Assembly (NCBI GenBank): GCA_002269645.1
Contig: NIVC01005039.1
Coordinates: forward strand, 1 to 28,042
Length of the DNA stretch: 28,042 nucleotides
From: Macrostomum lignano
Taxonomy: Eukaryota
Direction of reading: 5' to 3'
Shown: piece after piece, positions 11,583 through 21,706 of the stretch
Position numbering within the stretch: the stretch's first letter is position 1
Layout: the number at the start of each line of letters is the position of its first letter
Program-made: the position numbers and the translations under genes
Notes under the pieces: generated by a model
Seen by the model: only the letters and a program-made list of their open reading frames with translations
Told to the model about the DNA's origin: nothing
The model's database searches: none

Positions 11583-12436
11583 TCAAAAATACGAAAAAGG
11601 GTCGATGCATTCGCAGGCTCCGTAGAACTTGTATTTACCAGACCAATCAAACAAGACGGTGCTGAAAATCCTGGCTCGGATAATGGGATGTTTTTCTTCG
11701 TTGGGATTACCGGGACCCCATAATCCGCCGCTGTCAGCGTCCAGCAGCGGCAGCGGCCAGCCGCAGTCCGCCCACGCCCAGCTGCCGTTGCCAAGAATCG
11801 AGGCGCCCACCCAGATTTGCTGGTTGCTGCCAGTCAGGCCAGTTGACGCCCTCACATCCTGGAGCTCCTCGACGCTGCTCAGGTCGGCGAGCTTCGTCAG
11901 CGGCATGGCGGACCCGTCCGAGTTGGTCAGGAAGCTCCGGCAGCTGACGGCCTGAGCGCTCCAGTCGGCCACCTGCCCGCTCCCAGCAGCCTTGTACAGC
12001 GAGCCCTTGAAGCGGCTGCCGCTGACGCCAGGCACCCAGCGATAGTCGACGGGACAGAGTCGGCCCGGCAATCGAGACCCTCCGACTGCTTGACGAAGAC
12101 TCGAAGCCTCCTGCTGAGGCAGCCGCCGCTCCACGAGCCGGGATCGAGCAGCAGCTGCGAGCTGCAGGCGTCGAAGGCGAACAGCAGGCAGAGCTGCCGG
12201 TCTGAGGAGGCGGCAGCAGCTTCCATGGCGAAGGCTCTGCATCTCGGAGCCGCTCCGCAGCGAAGCGCACAGGCCGCGATGTCAAGGTCGAGCAGCTGGT
12301 AGTGAGCTGGGGACACGCAGTTCGAGGTGAGGATCGGGTGGAAGGCGACTCGCTGCCTGCAGCAGCTCAAGGGGCGGCTCAGCAGCAGTAGTAGCAACAG
12401 TAACGTGTTTGTGTACTTGCATCTATTTGACGACAT
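11583..12436 (-). pseudogene. Secreted PAN/apple + CTLD protein, copy B (283 aa if a 2-nt insertion is removed)
   Basis: ATG at 12436 and signal peptide MSSNRCKYTNTLLLLLLLLSRPLSC, then the PAN domain. An AA insertion at 12070-12071 relative to A and C shifts the frame. The CTLD continues in ORF 11583-12242 to GACECIDPFSYF*. (854-2)/3 = 284 codons including the stop. Confidence 0.85.
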
Positions 12437-12667
12437 TCTTTCTCGTTTAGTTAGATTAAAAAAATTAACGGAAATTAAATTCTTGATAAATATCTCGTAT
12501 TACGGTTTTTCAAATTTAACGGGTATGAAAAGTGTTAAAACTTTTGTCCATTTCTGAGCTTTAACTTTTTTACTACTTTTACCTGCTTGTTCTGAGGTAA
12601 AAGTTTTCTTTATTGGACGAGAGTCTGTATCTTATTCCAACCGTTTTGTCCTTTAATTGGTTGAGAC

Positions 12668-12700
12668 CAGGGACAACTAAAACCCTTTTAGTTGTCCCTG
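12668..12700. mobile_element. 33-bp perfect hairpin micro-element with 9-bp (or 8-bp) TSD
   Basis: cagggacaactaaaa-ccc-ttttagttgtccctg, with perfect 15-bp arms. Flanked by ggttgagac at 12659-12667 and 12701-12709. Confidence 0.75.
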
Positions 12701-13277
12701 GGTTGAGACTTTCATACGCAGAAACATGCATGTACGATCTAGTGCATTTATTTTACCGATAATTCTTAGTTTAAATGCACTCCAAGTTGAAGACTGTCTT
12801 ATAAATTATGTACAGATCCAATCTTTTCTAGTTAAACTTGGATGTTTTCAAAAAAGAGGCATCGAAATTATGTGTCATTTTTGGGCGTAAAATAATCTTA
12901 AAATCCATTTTCACATAGTGGGATAACGGGGAGAAATGTAAACTCCCAACTGACAGGAGGGTACTCAGATTCTTAGATGCGACACAACATTTCGGTCTCA
13001 GAGACGAGTGGGTCAGGTTTCTCGATTTTGTAATCCCTGGCCTGGCCTTAAATCTGCTAAGATTTCAATAATGCATCCGCTAGTAATGACTGTTCTGTGG
13101 ATTGTGCAGGTCTGCTTTTTAACTTTTTACCTTTTCAACTTCTCAGGTATCGTTTCTGCTTTTTCCGAAGCTTGATGCTGTTAGTCTGTCATCGAAGATG
13201 ACAAATTTAATTAGAATACGAATAGTTAAATGTGTCTATTTATAATCAGCTCTCTTAAAGCTGAGAAGCACTAGATA

Positions 13278-13740
13278 GAGATGCAGAGCCTTCGCCATGG
13301 AAGCTGCTGCCTCCTCGGACCGGCAGCTCTGCCTGCTGTTCGCCTTCGACGCCTGCAGCTCGCAGCTGCTGCTCGATCCCGGCTCGTGGAGCGGCGGCTG
13401 CCTCAGCAGGAGGCTTCGAGTCTTCGTCAAGCAGTCGGAGGGTCTCGAGCCGGGCCGACTCTGTCCCGTCGACTATCGCTGGGTGCCTGGCGTCAGCGGC
13501 AGCCGCTTCAAGGGTTCGCTGTACAAGGCTGCTGGGAGCGGGCTGGTGGCCGACTGGAGCGCTCAGGCCGTCAGCTGCCGGAGCTTCCTGACCACCTCGG
13601 ACGGGTCGCCATGCCGCTGACGAAGCTCGCCCACCTGAGCAGCGTCGAGGAGCTCCAGGATGTGAGGGAGTCAACTGGCCTGACTGGCAGTCAAAACTAC
13701 GAAACTAGTACGGAGCCTGCGAATGCATCGCGACCCTTTT
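13278..13740 (+). pseudogene. PAN + CTLD copy C: 5'-truncated, frameshifted, internally deleted
   Basis: Homology starts mid-PAN at gagatgcagagcc. One C is missing at ~13607 (gggtcgcc vs gggtccgcc). After ctggcag (13690) come 18 nt of filler, then 22 nt identical to the 3' end of B (tacggagcctgcgaatgcatcg, 13709-13730). Confidence 0.85.
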
Positions 13741-14180
13741 AATAGATTTTAATTAAAGACTATAGTTAGTTCTGAGCGAGTTGCCTATGCATGTGGTACA
13801 AACTGGTTGGATAGACGATTAAAGTATAATGAGGCTTGTTTTTGCTGCAAATTAAGTGCGTTTACCTCACCCTCCATCTACCTACACTGCTGCAAAGTGT
13901 CTCCAATTAAGTCTGACGTCAAATAAAGTCTCTGCGAATGTAGCCGGTTTTTTATGACAGCTGTCATAGGACTTTATTTTGACCAATTATTTACTGATTT
14001 CCGTCTGATGCACAGGTATACTGATGCCAGTATTGCAGACATCCCGTGTTTGCAATTCGAGCCCTGATGACGATGCTCCGCATCGGTGCTATAGTAAGAG
14101 CTTGTAGTCATATGGTCAGAAGCTTGCATATAGGAATTCTAATCATTTAATAAGTACATTCCCCCTGAAAAATTCTTCTT

Positions 14181-14216
14181 TGTGTCCTTGCATGGGTCGA
14201 TGCAATTCACAGGCCC
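14181..14216 (-). pseudogene. Short remnant of the lectin-family 3' end (ACE-CIDP)
   Basis: gggtcgatgcaattcacaggccc (14194-14216) vs gggtcgatgcattcgcaggctcc in B (11599-11621). The adjacent gtgtccttgcat also matches gtgttcttgcat in the 3' flank of B. Confidence 0.5.
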
Positions 14217-15783
14217 AGCAGGTCCCAATTTTATCGGCTATGACTTCTCCGATCAAAGGCTTGAATTATGAAACTGCTTTTAATTACTTACTTGAAAATG
14301 ATAACAAAGGAAAAAGAGAGTTTATTTAATTGTTTTTAACAAAGATCCAGTCACCGCTTAAATATATGGGTATTCTCTTTATTGTATCATAATAAAAAAT
14401 AATTGAATAAATTTCGCTAAATGTTCAGTAAAGTAAACGTATAGAGGCATTCAAGTTGAACTATTGATCAAGTAGCGTAATTCATGAATATGTTAAAAAT
14501 AAAAAACAGTGAAAAGGCTGCTTCGTACTTTTATACGCGTCATAATAATAATTATTGGGCTTTGAATCAATTAGCTATGGTACGAAAATTCTATATGTAT
14601 GTATACACATGCATGAAGCGAAGTTTTGCTCTTTAACGATTCACTTTTTCCCGACCCGGAAAAAGGTTGGCGGATAAAATTTATTATAACAATTTATTAT
14701 AGCAAATTATAACAGATGAAGTTTTATTTACAAGTCGTTAATGCAGCCTTAAAAGTTATAAGTTTTCTAAAATTCTTAATTATGCTACTTTTAGCACGAA
14801 ATTAAATCGACTGTTTTAGAGCCAGCTGTAAAGAAAAGCTTCATTTATTATAATACGACAATACGCTGTTGTATAAAATTATCCGCTATTTGAATTTTCG
14901 GCCGAGTCGCCGACCGAACTTTGGGCGGGTCGGGAAGAACGTCCTCCTCAAGAGCAAATTGCATGGGTGGTTCATATTCACGGAGCAAATTGAAGAAAGA
15001 AATTCATAACTTTAGTAATAATTATTAAGCATATTATAGCACGCCATGGTTCTGTTATTTCGGCAATTTAATTAACTTGCGTTATATATATTTTTTCTAT
15101 CAACAAATGAGCATACTAAACGAACGGTACACGCGTACCTTGACCTAGTAAAACAATAATATTAAAAGTAAATTAAGTAAGCATGCAATGTTTTCCAAAT
15201 ATTTTCTAGTGCAATTCATGAATTTTATGAATATATTCGCCAAGGTACTCCTTTCCGCCAACGACGTAAAGCATGGTTTCGTTAAAACAAAAGTTTTATT
15301 GTCTAAATCTTTGAAGACGCTTGTCAGAGAGGTCAATTTTTTCACTGCATAAAATTTGCCAGTTTTATAAAGTAATTTTAAAGTAAAAAAACGAAGCCGA
15401 TCTACATTTTTATCTCGATTTTCCGGTCTTAAGATCGACTACACCATCGGAATAGACACTCGATCAGTGGTCATGCATCTGACTCTCGCACCAAAGTTCC
15501 TGTCTGAGTCCCTAAAGAGCTTTAATTCTGTGCACAACCTCTCGTTAATTTAGGCCTCGTGCGCAAAAACTTTGTGGCTAAATTGCCGTACCATCCATGG
15601 CTGACAAACCTCAAAACACTGACGAGAAAGAGCTCATGCACGTTTGCGTTAACGTTCGCACGGCCTGCGATGCTCATCCTTTAGGGCTGTCGAGCCTTAC
15701 AGTGTTTATAGTGTATAGAGGCTAAATGAAAATGAAAAAAATGAGTTATCAGAAGTCAAACTTATTATTGTGCACAAAGCATA

Positions 15784-15897
15784 TCAAGGTCGCTTATCAA
15801 TGGACTGCATGAGTTGCCGAGTTTGGTCTGCAAGTTGCAAAACGGAGTTGCGATTTTGACCGCAGAGGTGACTACGGACAAAGCTTAATAAATCACT
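15784..15897 (-). CDS. KIAA0513: Possible KIAA0513-like terminal exon (frame ambiguous)
   Basis: Acceptor tgtacag| after a 58-nt intron. The phase-1 join gives E then TGA. The phase-0 frame reads SDLLSFVRSHL...DKRP* (37 aa). Confidence 0.4.
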   Translation of the reverse strand, partial: SDLLSFVRSHLCGQNRNSVLQLADQTRQLMQSIDKRP

Positions 15898-18800
15898 CTG
15901 TACATTATTTTTGTACATTAGCAACCATGTAGAATTAAAAACACAAATGACTCACCTTCAGGCAGACGTAGGTACTCAGACTGCTTCCTAATAAACTCGG
16001 CGATCATCTCTTTGCGCAGTTCGAATGCTCGCATGTTTGCAATAAATGTGCTGAAAAATGGAGTTTGTGAGTATAAACATGATCTTTTTATCCGATTAAT
16101 GTGGCCCTGTGTAGTGTTGAAAACCCTATTTTAACTGTATTATCTGCTAACACTGGGCACAACCGATCAGTGCACACCGCTGCTTGGCAGGCCATCAACC
16201 AGCTGACGGGCAGAAGGCCCAGGCCCAGCGCAGTTCTCGGCGCGGACTCCATCCAGCACCGCAAAGCCCAGCTGGTCTCGCACTACAGCGACGTGCTCAA
16301 CGCCCCTGATCCAGCCGCTTCACTGTTACCGATGCCCAATTCACCCCTGCCAACCATGACTCCTTCAACACTGGCTCTATCTTTTCACAGGAAGTTGGTC
16401 GGGCCTTAAAGAAAGATATGCGCGCTGATGCCGCCTCGGAGGTACATTTCCCTTTCGATTCCCCTTTCAAACGATTCCTCCTCGAAAGGTCCTGAAGCTT
16501 CCCGAGTTAACCGGCCCCTGCCGGGTAACCAGCCTGCCTTGGAGGGCACTGCAGTCTTGGAGGCGACGCGGCTGCATGTGCCCCACCACAATGACGCACC
16601 TCCAAGATCCTATAGATCCCAAAGAAGAGGGCCTCTACGTACCAGGATGGACAACCAACGTGGCATCGCACTGGAGTGCACCATGGCGAAGCTGTCGCGA
16701 CCCAGCTGCTGCCCAACGCGTTCTTTCCCGAGGGCGCCCGGGTGGGGCTGGTGGTCAACGCGCGCAAGACGGAGGTGATAATCGTGGGCACTGGCACCGC
16801 CCCTGCACTTGCGCTGCCCAGCGGACTTCCTCCTCTCACCCTCTCTCACCCTCTCCGCTCTCACTGTCTACCGTCTTTATCCCGCAAGTTTTACTTACTT
16901 CAAGTGCCCCAATGCAATGTGACTATTTTGATTTTGACGCTGTACATCCCTGGAATTTACATAAAAATTGATTTTTAGGCCAATCTGTTAATTGAAATAT
17001 CTCGGAAGAATCGGAATTAAGATTTGTATTGACAAAAAATCAAACTTACCGTATTTGTCGATCACCCTGAACTGTGATAATAAAAGCGGCATTCCAAAAT
17101 CTGAGCGACTGCCAAATTGGTTGGTCCTTGACGAAACTGCGCAAGTAGAGCTTGTGCGCCTGGCCGGACTCGGTTGTGGCTGCAATTAGCCATTTTCGCT
17201 TATTTAGCTACTAACAGTAGATATACGAGAATCGGCATTGTAATTTATTCACATATGCTAGAATAACTACCGGTGGATACGTGACTCGCAGAAAATGTGC
17301 TTATCTAATCTTTTCAGTAGCAAAACTAGCGTTTCTGTATTATATTAGTACAAAAGCAAAACATTTTAACTTTTTAAGCTGCAACCAGCGACTTAGGCCT
17401 TTTAAAAGCAGAACAATTAAATTAGCAGACTAAAGTAGCTTTGCAGCAAGGGAGAAAAGGGGTTGCTTTCACAAGCTCGAAATTTCACAACCTCGAAACC
17501 AGTTACTTTCATAAGCTCGAAATTTCATAAGCTCGAAATTTCACAACCTCGAAAACCATTTTAGCAGCCACTTTCACCAACCCGAAACTTCATAAGCTCG
17601 AAATTTCACAAGCTCGAAAATGTACTGTATTTGTATTTTTCACACTAGCTGTAAGTTTTTTGGGCTTCTTATCTACTGAGAATTTATTTGCTGATTTTCG
17701 AGGTTGTGAAATTTCGAGCTTGTGAAGTCGGCTGCTAAAATGGTTTTCGAGGTTGTGAAATTTCGAACTTATGAAGCCAGCTGCTAAAATTTCGAGGATA
17801 TGAAATTTCGAGCTTATGAAGTTTCGGGTTTGTGAAAGGAAGTGCTTTTCGAGGTTGCGAAATTTCGAGCTTGTGAAGCGACCCCGAGAAAAGGAGTAGT
17901 GCCAAGCTCTACTAGCTAGGCCGATAAACAAGTTTGGCTGTTCTCTTGCCCTATCCGATTGTGTCTGACTTTAACCTCTCTCCTTACTGCTCTCTCATTG
18001 GCTGAGCTAGATTGGGCCTGCCCCCCTAGACTGAGTTTCGTCCGTCTGACTTTAACCTCTCTCCTTACTGCTTTCTCATTGGCTGAGTTAGCTTGGGTCC
18101 GCCCCCTACGCCGAGTGTCGTCCGTCTTGCGTTCACTTGTGTACATTAAGTTAGATTCTTCTTGTTCCTTCTCTTATCCCCATTTGCTCCTGAGTCCTGG
18201 GGCCGCAAGCTCCGGGGAAGAAAATGAAATTTTAGCTGCCACATTAATTTTTAGGGACTGTAGTTATCTACTAATTTAGGTAGCATTAAACGCATCTTCA
18301 GTCTATCATCTTCAATACTCACCGGAATAATAGTAGGTGAAGCAGGCGGTCATCAGTGCGCACGCAGTCTGCCAGTCATCCGCTTCGTTGCATTCGTAGA
18401 GAGCCACAGCAACTGCCTGTACAGCGGCGAAGAAGCTCTGCTCCTCTAGGCGCTCGGATCTGCCTCTCTGGCTGACGAGATTCTTGGCTAGCCAGGCTCG
18501 GCCAGTTGATTTCTGGGCCGAAAAGTTGCGGTGGATTGGTTTGTTAATGCCCGTTTTGTAGCGCTTTCTTGATGATGCGGTGTGTCTCCAAAGGGGTATC
18601 TTGTGAAGGATGCTGTGTGTGTCTGGGGGGGGGGTAGCTTGTGGAGGATGTTGTGTGTGTCTGAGGTTAGCTTGAGGAAGATGCAGTGTGTCTAAAGGGG
18701 TAGCTTGTAAAGGATGCACAAGGACTACTCAGGTAACATATATATAGGACGCTACACTCGAAATCTGTGGTAAATGTTTTGACTGCAACTTTTCGCCGAA

Positions 18801-21674
18801 AAATACTGTACAGAGATAGGAGATTTTTTTTCAGCACAAAAATTGTTATTGCTTTTGATAGGAGGCAGATCCAGTGTTCATCTTTTGATATGTTGTGCCT
18901 TTCTTATTTCTTATATTTGTTCCTCACATGCAGCTCTAACGACGCATTAATCGATTTTTCATGTTAAATTGGTCTTGTCATTATTTTAATCGTTTTTTTC
19001 AAGTGACAGACCAATTTATTAACATGAAAAATCGATTAATGCGTCGTTAGAGCAGCATGTGAGGCACAAATAGTGTGATTAGGACTTTCTCTGACACTGT
19101 TAAGAGACCCAATCACTGTTTTAGTGTTGAAAATTGTGAAATTTCCTATCTCCATAGTGTATTTTTCCGGTGACACCGCTGCCTTTAAAACTATTTCTGA
19201 ACGAAAAGCTTTATGAATATCGATAGGCAATAAGAAAGGCACAAAATATCAAAGATGAACACTGGATCTGCCTCCTATCAAAAGCAATAACAATTTTTGT
19301 GCTAAAAAAATGAAAACCTCCTATCTCTGTAGTGTATTTTTCGGCGAAAAGCTGCCTTCAAAACATTTACCATAGATTTCGAGTGTTGCGTCCTTCTACT
19401 TAAGTTGTCCTTGAGGATGCAGTGTGTGTCTTAATATAACATTGATACCCGAAAAGGGACACTTGAGCTAAGAAAAGCTAAGCGTTAGCTTGTCAAGGAT
19501 GCAGCAGTGTGTCAAGGAGGTAGCTTGTGAAGGATGCAGCAGTGTGTCAAAAGGTATCTTGTGGAGGATGCAGCAGTGTGTCAAGAGGTAGCTTGTGAGG
19601 ATGCAGCATTGTGTCAAAGAGGTAGCTTGTGGAGGATGCAGCATTGTGTCAAAGAGGTAGCTTGTGAGGATGCAGCATTGTGTCAAAGAGGTAGCTTGTG
19701 GAGGATGCAGCATTGTGTCAAAGAGGTAGCTTGTGGATTGCAACGGTGTTTGTCAGAGTACATGCCTTTGCTATGTGTTCCAATTCCGCTGGAAACTAAG
19801 TATAGGAATGAGAGATGTAGTTAGGGGGGGTGAGAAGAGTGGTATAGTGATTGGTAGGGTAAGAGACACAGGGGTAAGAATGTCGAGAGGTGGATGGAGG
19901 GTTAGGAGCAACAATTGTGGTGGTGTAGATCCTCTCCGCCTTTCCCGTGTCTAATTGACGTAGAAATAAAACTCCAAAACGGCCACAAATCTACGAACTC
20001 ATAGAGAATGCAATTTTCTGCTAAATATCGTTCAGAATTAGGCAGCCAGTCTGTATCTTTTGTGAAGTACTTTTGCTCAATCTAATCCAGACAGACAGGC
20101 TGGTGTGGGTGGGGGGAGAGTTGCTGAATAAATCGCCGAAGTAATTCCACCGAACTCGTGGCTCTCAATCACGATTCTCTCGATTCTATCACAGACCGAG
20201 TGTACCGACTGTTGGGAAGTCGCTGCACTCAATCTCGACAATTGAGATCCCACCCAACCGTTCCCTTGGGAGGGAGAAGAGAAGAAGGGAATCGAGGGAG
20301 AAGCAAAATAAGAAACTGAAAAATAGAAGACGAGCGAGCCAAGAAAGATCAGAAGCTGTCGTCAGGCTGAAACGTATCAGAGAAGGATTCTCTCAGCAAG
20401 TTACTTTCTTCCAGATTCCGGCTTGAATCTTATTAAGAAAGGAAAATCCAATGAGAAAGGAAAATGAGGGGCGATGACTGATCAGTGTTGACGAAGGATC
20501 TTCTTTCAACCAGTTTGGTTTTTAAAAAAAATCCAATCTCATGTCGACTTCAATGCGTTATTTCACATCTCTAAGAGACCTGACATAAGAGACCTGATAT
20601 ATGAGACCTGATATATGAGACCTGACATATGAGACCTGATATATGAGACCTGATATATGAGACCTGACATAAGAGACCTGATATATGAGACCTGATATAT
20701 GAGACCTGACATAGGAGACCTGATATATGAGACCTGATATATGAGACCTGATGTGATGAGACCTGATATATGAGACCTGAGATATGAGACCTGAGATATT
20801 AGACCTGAGAAATGAGACTCGAGATAGGAGACCTGAGATATAAGACCCGAGATATAAGAGATGAGAATCGGATATTACAAGATTGTCTTTGGCCAACATT
20901 TTCCAGAAGAATGAAGATTAGAAATGAGGATATATATGCATGAACAAGTTCGTTTGTATCGTTCAGATCTGAGCAACTCTGCGGTAAATTCGTCCGACTC
21001 TCGCGCCACGACCCCTGGAGTGTGTGCCTGATGCATACAGTATTTGCGCGCTGGTTGTGGGACGAGGTCGCCTAAAGCGTTGCGCCAGGTGCCAAAATTA
21101 CGGCACATGTAATCTGCCGATTGTGCAGGTACTCGTCCATGAGGCAAACGTCATTGCGCAAAGTTTGCATACTGGCTGACACATTTTAGGTAGTTTGGCA
21201 TTCGACAGCTTTCTGGATGTTACTTCTCAAGGCAGACTTACCTGACAATAGTCTCCGAATACCTCCGTGTCTTCGGGCGTTATGCTCTGCCTAAAATTTA
21301 TATCGGAATCATTAGGCTAATACGGTATAGATGCTGCAGATTCCATCACCTGGCACCTGACACCTGGATGTTTCCATCCACTGACACCTGGCTGTTTCCA
21401 TCATTTGACACCTGGCTGTTTCCATCCCCTGACAACTGGCTGTTTCCATCATTTGACACCTGGCTGTTTCCAGCACCGACACCTGGCTGTTTTCATCACC
21501 TGACACCTGGCTGTTTCCATCCCCTGACAATGCATTCTAGCAGATTTTACTTTAACATTCCAGTAGGCTATGATTAGTTATACTCACCCTTGGTTGAACA
21601 TCATACTAACGTAGCGAGTCATAAAGTCACGGCATTGTTTAGCTTCTGCATCGTTCATATCTGTCGTTTGCTGC

Positions 21675-21706
<32 letters not shown>

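Noticed and set aside
268-13674. Alternative-frame and antisense ORFs over the lectin copies (e.g. 268-780, 534-845, 11629-11955, 13255-13674)
   Set aside because: They are shadow ORFs of GC-rich coding sequence with no recognisable motifs.
13281-13742. Mosaic (recombinant) origin of copy C from A and B
   Set aside because: C shares some sites with A and some with B, but with only three sequences private mutations explain every site.
14064-14090. Hammerhead ribozyme-like CTGATGA followed by a 6-bp stem (cgatgc/gcatcg)
   Set aside because: The required GAAA after stem II is absent (gtgc follows), and I found no stems I/III.
14040-14090. Minus-strand peptide SIVIRARIA resembling PIIRARIF of lectin B
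   Set aside because: The match is too short, lies in the wrong order relative to the 14194-14216 remnant, and has no GACEC anchor.
14648-14936. Possible MITE: 11-bp inverted repeat ttcccgacccg/cgggtcgggaa plus inner gcggataa/ttatccgc
   Set aside because: No target-site duplication, short arms and no second copy in the window.
1051-16830. Diversity-generating retroelement (CLec variable region plus nearby RT)
   Set aside because: There is no template/variable repeat pair differing mainly at adenines. The RT fragment is a decayed LINE-type sequence inside an unrelated intron.
20875-21180. GC-balanced stretch with a 90-aa minus-strand ORF in intron 3
   Set aside because: No recognisable homology, and exons 3 and 4 already join in phase without it.
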